From Candidatus Eiseniibacteriota bacterium (GTDB taxonomy: Bacteria; Eisenbacteria; RBG-16-71-46; CAIMUX01; VGJL01), in contig JBHGAY010000051.1 of the NCBI GenBank assembly GCA_041946735.1, positions 1 to 15,108 on the forward strand: 15,108 nt of DNA, written 5' to 3'. The notes under the pieces were generated by a model. It had not been told where the DNA came from and searched no databases. It saw only the letters and a program-made list of their open reading frames with translations. Positions 1 to 15,108 of the stretch are shown here, in pieces. The position numbers and the translations under genes were made by a program. Numbering within the stretch: position 1 is the stretch's first letter; each line of letters begins with the position of its first letter.

Positions 1-58
1 CATTCGCGAGGGCGGCCGGACGGTCGGCGCCGGCGTCGTGACCGAGATCCTCGAGTAA
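1..58 (+). CDS. tuf: Elongation factor Tu, C-terminal fragment (truncated by window start)
   Basis: The frame from base 2 reads [18 protein letters not shown] then TAA (56-58), the conserved EF-Tu C-terminus. It sits in the canonical position upstream of rpmG-secE-nusG. Confidence 0.97.
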   Translation, partial: IREGGRTVGAGVVTEILE

Positions 59-83
59 GTTCGGAAACAAGGTAGGAGAAACG

Positions 84-233
84 ATGCGTGACAAGGTGAC
101 CCTCGCTTGCTCCGAGTGCAAGCAGCGGAACTACACGGGGGACAAGAACAAGAAGCTTCATCCGGACCGGCTGGAGTACCGCAAGTACTGCCCGTTCTGC
201 CGGAAGCACACCCCGCACAAGGAAACCCGCTAG
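84..233 (+). CDS. rpmG: 50S ribosomal protein L33, zinc-ribbon (C+) type, 49 aa (absent from ORF track)
   Basis: Hand translation: [49 protein letters not shown]. It has two CxxC pairs, SD AGGAG at 74-78, and lies between tuf and secE. Confidence 0.97.
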   Translation: MRDKVTLACSECKQRNYTGDKNKKLHPDRLEYRKYCPFCRKHTPHKETR

Positions 234-266
234 CCCGGCAGGGCGAGCCCACAGGGCAAGGAAGAG

Positions 267-295
267 GCCGGGCGCCCCATCCGCGGGGCCCCGGC
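267..295 (+). other. GC-rich stem-loop in the rpmG-secE spacer
   Basis: GCCGGG(C)GCCCC-ATCCGC-GGGGCCCCGGC forms an 11-bp stem with one bulge. There is no U-tract and the function is unknown. Confidence 0.5.
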
Positions 296-320
296 TCCTC
301 GAAAGTTCGGAGGCGATTTC

Positions 321-524
321 ATGGCAGCTGCCGAGCAGGCACTCGTTCCGCGGTTCCGCAGGTTTCTCGGGGACGCGAAGATCGAGCTATCCAAGGTTTC
401 CTGGCCGAATCGCGAGGAGCTCCGCGAATCGACGACGGTCGTGCTGATCGCGGTTTTTCTCATCTCGATGCTGATCTACGTCGTCGACATCCTCATTAGC
501 AAGGTCATTCAGTTCATTCTGTAG
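321..524 (+). CDS. secE: Preprotein translocase subunit SecE (single-TM type, 67 aa)
   Basis: ELSKVSWPNREEL motif followed by a C-terminal hydrophobic helix. SD GGAGG at 309-313; directly upstream of nusG. Confidence 0.96.
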   Translation: MAAAEQALVPRFRRFLGDAKIELSKVSWPNREELRESTTVVLIAVFLISMLIYVVDILISKVIQFIL

Positions 525-570
525 GAAGGCGAGGCGCCCGTTGGACAGCCCTGGCTCGGAGACGAAGCCG

Positions 571-1101
571 ATGACGAAGAAGTGGTACGTGATCCACACC
601 TATTCGGGTCACGAAAACAAAGTACGGGCGAACCTGGACCGGGCGATCCAATATGCGCAGTTGCAGGACCGTTTCGGAGAGATCCTGGTCGCAACCGAGA
701 ATTTCGCCGTCCTGAAGGACGGCAAGAAGACGATCACCCGCCGCAAGACCTTCCCCGGGTACGTCCTCGTCGAGATGGATCTCACGGAAGAGACGAAGCA
801 TCTCGTCACCAGCATTCCGGGTGTCACGCACTTCGTCGGCAACGAGAAGAACCCGATGCCCCTGTCGGAGACCGAGATCAATCGGATTCGCGGGCATGCG
901 ACGACGGAGCGCGAGCGGATCACCGCGGAGGTTCCGTTCAAGGTCGGCGAGAGCGTGAAGGTGATCGACGGCCCGTTCTGCGACTTCGTCGGAACCGTCG
1001 ATGAGATCAACACCGATCGCGGAAAGGTCCGCGTCATGGTCAGCATTTTCGGTAGGGCTACGCCGGTGGAGCTGGATTTCCTGCAAGTGCAGACGATTTA
1101 G
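571..1101 (+). CDS. nusG: Transcription termination/antitermination factor NusG
   Basis: WYVIHTYSGHENKV, FPGYVLVEM, PGVTHFVG, KOW region GESVKVIDGPF and VSIFGRATPVELDF. I prefer ATG 571 (GGAG at 558-561) over the TTG at 541. Confidence 0.97.
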   Translation: MTKKWYVIHTYSGHENKVRANLDRAIQYAQLQDRFGEILVATENFAVLKDGKKTITRRKTFPGYVLVEMDLTEETKHLVTSIPGVTHFVGNEKNPMPLSETEINRIRGHATTERERITAEVPFKVGESVKVIDGPFCDFVGTVDEINTDRGKVRVMVSIFGRATPVELDFLQVQTI

Positions 1102-1118
1102 CGGACGGCGGGCGCCGC

Positions 1119-1144
1119 GTCGGCCGCGGAACTCCGCAGCCGAC
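1119..1144 (+). other. Stem-loop immediately 5' of the rplK Shine-Dalgarno
   Basis: GTCGGC-C-GCGG-AACT-CCGC-A-GCCGAC (10 bp, one C-A mismatch) abuts AGGAGG at 1145-1150. Confidence 0.45.
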
Positions 1145-1155
1145 AGGAGGGAAGA

Positions 1156-1584
1156 ATGGCAAAGAAGGTCGTCTCGGCCATGGTGAAGCTCCAGATCCCG
1201 GCGGGGAACGCCAACCCGGCCCCGCCCGTCGGGCCGGCGCTGGGGCAGCATCAGGTCAACATCATGGAGTTCTGCAAGCAGTTCAACGCGGCGACGCAGA
1301 ACCAGCCCGGAATGATCATTCCGGTTGTCATCACGATCTACAAGGACAGGTCCTTCTCGTTCGTCTTGAAGACTCCTCCCGCTGCCGTTCTGTTGAAGAA
1401 GGCGGCGAACATCGCTTCCGGCTCCGGCGAGCCGAACAAGACGAAGGTCGGGAAGGTGACGATGCAGCAGGTCCGGGAGATTGCGACGCTGAAGATGCCG
1501 GACCTGAACGCCAACGATCTCGACGCCGCCGTTTTGATGGTCTCCGGTACGGCACGGAGCATGGGGATCGTGATCGAGGACTAA
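1156..1584 (+). CDS. rplK: 50S ribosomal protein L11
   Basis: [41 protein letters not shown] and GTARSMGI motifs; SD AGGAGG. Confidence 0.99.
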   Translation: MAKKVVSAMVKLQIPAGNANPAPPVGPALGQHQVNIMEFCKQFNAATQNQPGMIIPVVITIYKDRSFSFVLKTPPAAVLLKKAANIASGSGEPNKTKVGKVTMQQVREIATLKMPDLNANDLDAAVLMVSGTARSMGIVIED

Positions 1585-1620
1585 CTGCCGGAGGGGGGGC
1601 GGCGCCCCGCGAAGGGAGGG
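1585..1620 (+). promoter_or_regulatory. Candidate L1 autoregulatory binding site overlapping the rplA RBS
   Basis: GGAG followed by hairpin GGGGC-GGC-GCCCC and then GCGAA resembles the internal-loop layout of L1 sites. The weak outer stem CTGCC/GGGAG would cover the SD. Visual resemblance only. Confidence 0.3.
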
Positions 1621-1624
1621 ATGG

Positions 1625-2332
1625 ATGGGCCGATCGAAAGGCAAGAGGCTCGCGAAGATCCGTGAGGATGCCGCGAAGCTGAAGGACGGCGGGCTTCCGC
1701 AGGCCGTGGAGTTCGTCAAGACTCACGCGACGGCGAAGTTCGACGAGACGATCGAGGTCTCCGCCCGGCTGGGCGTAGACCCGAAGTACGCGGACCAGAT
1801 GGTCCGCGGAACGGTCGTCCTTCCGCACGGCACCGGCAAGTCGGTTCGCGTCCTGGTTCTCACCAAAGGGGAGAAGATCCGGGAGGCGGAATCGGCGGGC
1901 GCGGATCACGTGGGCGGCGACGATCTGATCGCGAAGATTCGTGACGGCTGGCTCGACTACGACCAGGTGATCACCACTCCGGACATGATGGGCGAGGTCG
2001 GAAAGCTCGGGAAGATCCTCGGGCCGCGAGGCTTGATGCCCAATGCGAAGGCGGGGACGGTCACCTTCGACATCGAAAAGGCGGTCCGCGAAGCCAAGGC
2101 CGGCAAGATCGAGTTCCGGGTCGACAAGGCCGGGAACCTCCACGTGCCGGTCGGCAAGGCTTCCTTCTCCACAGGCCAGCTCGAAGAAAACATTCGCAGT
2201 TTCCTCACGGAGGTCGTCCGACTGAAGCCGGCCGCCGCGAAGGGGCAGTACTTCAAGAGCATCACGGTCACCTCGACGATGGGCGCCGGGATCCGCGTGG
2301 ATCCGGCGGAAGCCGTCGGCGCGTCGAAGTAG
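1625..2332 (+). CDS. rplA: 50S ribosomal protein L1
   Basis: [41 protein letters not shown] and STMG motifs; SD GGGAGG at 1614-1619. Confidence 0.99.
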   Translation: MGRSKGKRLAKIREDAAKLKDGGLPQAVEFVKTHATAKFDETIEVSARLGVDPKYADQMVRGTVVLPHGTGKSVRVLVLTKGEKIREAESAGADHVGGDDLIAKIRDGWLDYDQVITTPDMMGEVGKLGKILGPRGLMPNAKAGTVTFDIEKAVREAKAGKIEFRVDKAGNLHVPVGKASFSTGQLEENIRSFLTEVVRLKPAAAKGQYFKSITVTSTMGAGIRVDPAEAVGASK

Positions 2333-2340
2333 GAGGCGCA

Positions 2341-2859
2341 ATGGACAAGCTCGAAAAGCAGGCGAAAGTCGAAGGGCTCGTCGGGCAGATCCAGGGCGCC
2401 AAGGCGGTCTACCTCTCCGATTTCACGGGACTGACCGTGGAGAAGGTGAGCCTCCTGCGCCGGCAGATGCGGAAAGCGGACGTTCACGTCGAAGTGGCGA
2501 AGAACACGTTGCTGCGCCTGGCGATGTCGAAGAGCGGCTACGACATGCTGCTGCCGCATCTCCACGGGCCGACGGCGATCCTCCTTCCGATGAAGGAGGA
2601 GATCGCTCCGGCGAAGATCCTCGATGACTTCATCAAGGAGCACAAGCTTCCCGCCGTGAAGCTGGCTTGCATCGACGGCAAGCTCTACGCGGAGGAAGAG
2701 GTCAAACAGCTCGCGAAGCTGCCTTCACGGGAAATCCTGTTGGGGCAGTTCCTCCGCGTGCTCCAGGGCCCCCTGACCCAGTTCGTCGGCGTGCTCAACG
2801 CACCGCTGCGCGATCTGGCCAACGTCCTGGATCAGGTGTCCAAGAAGAAGGGGGCCTAA
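2341..2859 (+). CDS. rplJ: 50S ribosomal protein L10
   Basis: [21 protein letters not shown] and LAKLPSRE motifs; the SD AGGAGG overlaps the rplA stop. Confidence 0.98.
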   Translation: MDKLEKQAKVEGLVGQIQGAKAVYLSDFTGLTVEKVSLLRRQMRKADVHVEVAKNTLLRLAMSKSGYDMLLPHLHGPTAILLPMKEEIAPAKILDDFIKEHKLPAVKLACIDGKLYAEEEVKQLAKLPSREILLGQFLRVLQGPLTQFVGVLNAPLRDLANVLDQVSKKKGA

Positions 2860-2915
2860 GCCCCGGGGTTCGCCGTCCTGCGGCGGCAGATTGTCAGTGA
2901 AGGAGGAGTACGAAA

Positions 2916-3302
2916 ATGCCCGAGACGATCACGAAGGAGCAGGTTCTGGACTGGGTCCGGAACGCGTCGATGACTGAGATCGCCGGAATCGTGAAGGACA
3001 TCGAGACCGAGTTCGGCGTGACCGCGGCCGCCCCCGTCATGGCGATGGGCGCGATGCCGGCCGGCGCGGCGGCCGCCGAGGTCGAGGAGAAGACGGAGTT
3101 CGACGTGATTCTCACCCAGGTGGGAGCTCAGAAGCTGCAGGTGATCAAGGTCGTCCGCGAGGTGACCGGACTGGGCCTGAAGGAGGCGAAGGAGCTCGTC
3201 GACGGCGCCCCGAAGCCCCTGAAGGAGAAGGTCTCCAAGGAAGAGGCGAACTCGATCAAGACGAAGCTTACCGAGGCCGGCGCCACTGTGGAGATCAAGT
3301 AA
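2916..3302 (+). CDS. rplL: 50S ribosomal protein L7/L12
   Basis: FGVTAAAPV, Ala-rich hinge, [30 protein letters not shown] and [16 protein letters not shown] at 2901-2906. Confidence 0.99.
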   Translation: MPETITKEQVLDWVRNASMTEIAGIVKDIETEFGVTAAAPVMAMGAMPAGAAAAEVEEKTEFDVILTQVGAQKLQVIKVVREVTGLGLKEAKELVDGAPKPLKEKVSKEEANSIKTKLTEAGATVEIK

Positions 3303-3330
3303 CGCAATTCACAGGGGGTGAATGCTCATT

Positions 3331-7179
<3,849 letters not shown>

Positions 7180-7191
7180 GGAGGACCAATC

Positions 7192-11622
<4,431 letters not shown>

Positions 11623-11631
11623 CCACCGGGG

Positions 11632-11659
11632 GCGGGCCCCTTTTCTCGAAGGGGCCCGC
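11632..11659 (+). terminator. Strong hairpin after rpoC (terminator-like, no U-tract)
   Basis: GCGGGCCCCTT-TTCTCG-AAGGGGCCCGC is a perfect 11-bp stem 9 nt after the rpoC stop. It can extend to 11626-11666 with G-U pairs and is followed only by GTT. Confidence 0.55.
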
Positions 11660-11668
11660 GTTCCGGGC

Positions 11669-11697
11669 TTGACGATGGAAGATGCCCTGCATACACT
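11669..11697 (+). promoter_or_regulatory. Sigma70-type promoter for the str operon
   Basis: TTGACG (11669-11674), a 17-nt spacer and TACACT (11692-11697), located 60 nt upstream of rpsL and just downstream of the rpoC hairpin. Confidence 0.75.
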
Positions 11698-11757
11698 GGG
11701 CACTCTGTCTGGCATTTCCGGCGAACAAGAGTCTCAGGAAGGAAGTGGTTTCGTAAC

Positions 11758-12132
11758 TTGCCTACGCTCAACCAGTTGATCCGCAAGGGCAGGGCCCGGA
11801 TCGAGAAGAAGACGTCGGCTCCTGCACTGAAGGCTTGCCCGCAGAAGCGCGGCTTCTGCACGCGTGTGTATACCGCCACGCCCAAGAAGCCGAATTCCGC
11901 CCTTCGCAAGGTGGCTCGCGTGCGCCTCACGAACAATATCGAGGTGACCGCGTACATTCCCGGAGAAGGGCACAATCTTCAGGAGCACTCGATCGTCCTG
12001 ATCCGCGGCGGGCGCGTGAAGGACCTTCCGGGCGTCCGTTACCACATCATTCGCGGGACGCTGGACACGAGCGGGGTGGAGAACCGGAACAAGAGCCGCT
12101 CGAAGTACGGCACGAAGCGGAAGAAGAAGTAG
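11758..12132 (+). CDS. rpsL: 30S ribosomal protein S12
   Basis: [28 protein letters not shown] and [13 protein letters not shown] motifs; TTG start with purine-rich AGGAAGGAAG upstream. Confidence 0.99.
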   Translation: MPTLNQLIRKGRARIEKKTSAPALKACPQKRGFCTRVYTATPKKPNSALRKVARVRLTNNIEVTAYIPGEGHNLQEHSIVLIRGGRVKDLPGVRYHIIRGTLDTSGVENRNKSRSKYGTKRKKK

Positions 12133-12144
12133 GCGAGGAACGTC

Positions 12145-12615
12145 ATGCCGAGAAGAGGAACGATCACCCGGAGGGAGCTGGAGCCGGATCCGAAGTACGG
12201 CAACGTTCTCGTCACGCGCATCATCAACAACCTGATGAAGGACGGCAAGCGGAGCACCGCGGAAAGCGTGCTCTACGGCGCTCTCGACATCATCGAGAAG
12301 AAGTCCGGCCAGGAGGGGATCGCCGTCCTGAAGCAGGCGATGAACAACGTCAAGCCGAGCCTGGAGGTGAAGAGCCGCCGGGTCGGTGGCGCCACCTATC
12401 AGGTCCCGGTGGAGATCAAGCCGGAGCGGCGGACCGCTCTGGCAATCCGCTGGATCCTGCAGTACTCGAAGTCGCGGCCGGACCACTCCATGCGCGAGAA
12501 GCTCGCGGCCGAGCTGATGGCGGCGGCGAAGAACGACGGCGGCGCGATCAAGAAGCGGGACGATACGCACCGCATGGCGGAGGCGAACAAGGCGTTCGCC
12601 CACTACCGCTGGTAG
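12145..12615 (+). CDS. rpsG: 30S ribosomal protein S7
   Basis: [28 protein letters not shown] and [15 protein letters not shown]. Confidence 0.99.
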   Translation: MPRRGTITRRELEPDPKYGNVLVTRIINNLMKDGKRSTAESVLYGALDIIEKKSGQEGIAVLKQAMNNVKPSLEVKSRRVGGATYQVPVEIKPERRTALAIRWILQYSKSRPDHSMREKLAAELMAAAKNDGGAIKKRDDTHRMAEANKAFAHYRW

Positions 12616-12617
12616 AG

Positions 12618-12911
12618 CGGCCGGCGAGGCCGGCCGACGCGACGGATCCGGGATCCGTCGCGGCAGAGACCGTCGCGAGCCCCACGACAATCCCCGCAGT
12701 GCTGGAGTGAGGGCCGGGGGGCAAGCAGATATCGGACCGTCCGTCTTCCGGATCCCGGAGGGCGGCCGTGCTCGCGACGAAGGGGTTCTTCCGAACCCGC
12801 AACGGTCCGGAAAAGCTTGAGGTCGTCAAAACCTCGAGAAGGCTCAGAACGAATACAGAGACAGGGCGGAACGGGGCGTTCCGTGCCTGATCCATGGACT
12901 CCGGTCCGGAG
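12618..12911 (+). other. Long, densely structured rpsG-fusA spacer (candidate cis-regulatory RNA; no family recognised)
   Basis: Complementary segments found by eye: 12618-25/12629-36, 12638-49/12651-62, 12671-80/12770-79, 12691-96/12715-20, 12741-51/12755-65, 12733-40/12802-09, 12783-88/12793-98, 12816-23/12831-38, 12862-73/12877-89, 12899-904/12906-11. Confidence 0.5.
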
Positions 12912-12917
12912 AAGCCA

Positions 12918-14996
12918 TTGTCGAGTCGTGTGCCTTTGAAACACCTGCGGAACATTGGGATCATGGCCCATATCGACGCAGGGAAAACCACGCTCTCCGA
13001 GCGGATCCTCTATTTCACAGGGAGGGTCCATCGGATGGGCGAGGTGCATGACGGCGCGGCGACGATGGACTGGATGGAGCAAGAGCGCGAGCGGGGGATC
13101 ACAATCACCTCCGCGGCGACGACCTGCGATTGGCGCAAACACCAGATCAACCTGATCGACACCCCCGGCCATGTCGACTTCACCGTCGAGGTGGAGCGGT
13201 CGCTCCGGGTGCTCGACGGGGCGGTCGCGGTGTTCTGCGCGGTCGGCGGCGTGGAGCCGCAGAGCGAGACCGTTTGGCGCCAGGCCGACAAGTACCGCGT
13301 CCCCCGGATCGCTTTCGTCAACAAGATGGACCGGATCGGCGGCGACTTCTTCGCCACGGTTCGGATGATGCGCGAGCGCCTGGGCGCGCACCCGGTCCCG
13401 GTGCAGGTCCCGGTGATGGTGGGAGACATTTTCCATAGCATCATCGACCTCGTCGAGATGGTCGAGGTGACCTACGTCGAGGAGCGGGGCCTGCCGGTCA
13501 TCGAGGAGCACCCGATCTCCCCGGACCTCGTCGCTTTCGCCGAAGAGCATCGCGTCCGGATGCTGGAGGCGTTGGCGGAATACAGCGACGAGCTGCTCCG
13601 GCGCTACCTGGAGGGGGAGGATCTCCCGGCCGAGCTGATCCGCCAGGCGATCCGCCGCGGGACGATCGAGGACCGGATCACGCCGGTGCTCTGCGGGTCC
13701 GCGTATCGGAACAAGGGGGTGAAGAGGCTGCTCGACGCGATCGTCGACTACCTGCCGTCCCCGCTCGATCTGCCTCCTGTCGGCGGCGAGAATCCCGACT
13801 CGCTCGAGAAGGAGGAGCGGAGCGCGAACGTCGAGGAGCCGTTCAGCGCGGTGGTCTTCAAGATCATGAGCGACCCGTACACCGGCAGGTTGGCGTTCTT
13901 CCGGGTCTATTCCGGCCGCGTGAAGACCGGGGACCAGGTCCTGAATGCGAACAAGGGACGGGTGGAGCGAGCCGGCCGGATCGTCCGCATGCACGCCAAT
14001 CAGCGCGAGGAGTGCGAGGAGATGCCGGTCGGTGAGATCGCGGCCCTGATCGGCGTCAAGAACGTCTCGACCGGCGACACGCTGTGCGATCCGAAGCACC
14101 CGATCCGACTCGAGCGGATGACCTTCCCGGAGTCGGTCCTCTCGGTCGCGATCGAGCCGCTCACGAAGGCGGACAGCGACCGGATGACGATGGCTCTCGA
14201 CCGGCTGGCCGAGGAGGATCCGACCTTCCGGGTCCGGACCGACGACGACACCGGCCAGACGCTGATCGGAGGCATGGGGGAGCTGCATCTCGAGATCCTC
14301 GTCGATCGCATGAAGCGCGAGTTCGGAGTCGGGGCGAACGTCGGGCGTCCTCGGGTCTCCTACAAGGAGACGATCACCGGGAGCGCGGAGGCGCGCGGCC
14401 GTTTCGTGAAGCAGAGCGGCGGCCATGGTCAATACGGGGACGTCTCGATCCGGATCGAGCCCGCCCCCGGACAGGGATTCGTCTGGGAGAACGCGACCGC
14501 CGGCGGCGTGATCCCGCGCGAGTACCTCGCGCCGGCGGAGCACGGGGTCAAGAACGCGATGGAGGACGGGATCCTCGCGGGGTGCCCGATCGTCGACGTC
14601 AAGGTGACGCTCCTCGACGGCTCTTTTCACGAGGTGGACTCCTCGGAAATGGCCTTCAAGATCGCGGGATCGATCGCATTCAAGGAGGCCGCGAAGAAGG
14701 CGAAGCCTCGACTGCTCGAGCCGGTCATGGAAGTGGAGGTCGTCCTTCCCGAAGCGTACGTGGGAGACGTGATCGGCGATCTCGGTTCGCGAAGGGGACG
14801 GGTCGGGGGGATGTTCGAGCGCGGCGACGCCCGGGTCGTGGCGGCCAGCGTCCCGCTGTCGGAAATGTTCGGGTACGCCACGAAGCTCCGGTCGATGACC
14901 CAGGGGCGAGGCGTCTACTCGATGCAGTTTTCCCGCTACGACTTCGTTCCGGAGGCGATTGCCGACGAGGTCGTCACGAAGTTCAGGGGATCGTGA
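12918..14996 (+). CDS. fusA: Elongation factor G
   Basis: [54 protein letters not shown] and [13 protein letters not shown] 12918 (GGAG at 12908-12911) gives a normal-length N-terminus; the ORF-track ATG at 12894 has no evident SD. Confidence 0.98.
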   Translation: MSSRVPLKHLRNIGIMAHIDAGKTTLSERILYFTGRVHRMGEVHDGAATMDWMEQERERGITITSAATTCDWRKHQINLIDTPGHVDFTVEVERSLRVLDGAVAVFCAVGGVEPQSETVWRQADKYRVPRIAFVNKMDRIGGDFFATVRMMRERLGAHPVPVQVPVMVGDIFHSIIDLVEMVEVTYVEERGLPVIEEHPISPDLVAFAEEHRVRMLEALAEYSDELLRRYLEGEDLPAELIRQAIRRGTIEDRITPVLCGSAYRNKGVKRLLDAIVDYLPSPLDLPPVGGENPDSLEKEERSANVEEPFSAVVFKIMSDPYTGRLAFFRVYSGRVKTGDQVLNANKGRVERAGRIVRMHANQREECEEMPVGEIAALIGVKNVSTGDTLCDPKHPIRLERMTFPESVLSVAIEPLTKADSDRMTMALDRLAEEDPTFRVRTDDDTGQTLIGGMGELHLEILVDRMKREFGVGANVGRPRVSYKETITGSAEARGRFVKQSGGHGQYGDVSIRIEPAPGQGFVWENATAGGVIPREYLAPAEHGVKNAMEDGILAGCPIVDVKVTLLDGSFHEVDSSEMAFKIAGSIAFKEAAKKAKPRLLEPVMEVEVVLPEAYVGDVIGDLGSRRGRVGGMFERGDARVVAASVPLSEMFGYATKLRSMTQGRGVYSMQFSRYDFVPEAIADEVVTKFRGS

Positions 14997-15052
14997 TCGT
15001 TTGATCCGCCGGAAGGGGCCGTGCATGGCTCCCTGGGAGGAATAAGGAAGTC

Positions 15053-15108
15053 ATGAGCAAGCAGAAGTTCGAGAGGACCAAGCCGCACGTGAACGTGGGG
15101 ACGATCGG
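15053..15108 (+). CDS. tuf: Elongation factor Tu, N-terminal fragment (second copy, truncated by window end)
   Basis: MSKQKFERTKPHVNVGTI(G) is the conserved EF-Tu N-terminus. SD AAGGA at 15044-15048; canonical position after fusA. Confidence 0.97.
   Translation, partial: MSKQKFERTKPHVNVGTI

Noticed and set aside
11848..12040. Streptomycin-resistance changes in S12
   Set aside because: Both critical lysines (TPKKPNS and RVKDLPG) are intact. The RGFC and YTAT variants are of unknown effect.
12795..12816. CCCGCAACGGTCCGGAAAAGC resembles part of SRP (4.5S) RNA
   Set aside because: It lacks the CAGG...GGAA-GGAAGCAG helix-8 symmetric loop and the long enclosing hairpin.
12616..12917. Known ribozyme, tRNA, CRISPR array or small CDS in the rpsG-fusA spacer
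   Set aside because: No hammerhead CTGANGA/GAAA core, no HDV-like L3 motif, no cloverleaf, no regularly spaced direct repeats, and no ORF with an SD and matching codon bias that I could see.
15015..15032. Small hairpin GGGGCCG-TGCA-TGGCTCC between fusA and tuf as a terminator
   Set aside because: Only 7 bp with two G-U pairs and no U-tract; fusA and tuf are normally co-transcribed.

Overview
This is a GC-rich bacterial core-genome segment with all real genes on the + strand. It holds the contiguous rif (beta) and str clusters: 'tuf (3' end)-rpmG-secE-nusG-rplK-rplA-rplJ-rplL-rpoB-rpoC-rpsL-rpsG-fusA-tuf' (5' end). RNA polymerase indels suggest an FCB-superphylum-like lineage (inference). I see no mobile element, CRISPR array, rRNA, tRNA or accessory gene, and no clearly new multi-gene system. 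Points worth follow-up: (1) a ~300-nt densely base-paired spacer between rpsG and fusA, with a possible pseudoknot or switch and a hairpin over the fusA RBS; (2) an extra ~90-aa SBHM-like module nested in the trigger-loop insertion (SI3) of RpoC; (3) no room for the usual L10 leader or rplL-rpoB attenuator, and no tRNA-Trp before secE; (4) an in-frame rpoB-TAG-rpoC junction followed by a linker-like RpoC N-terminal extension. The very long minus-strand ORFs are codon-bias shadows.
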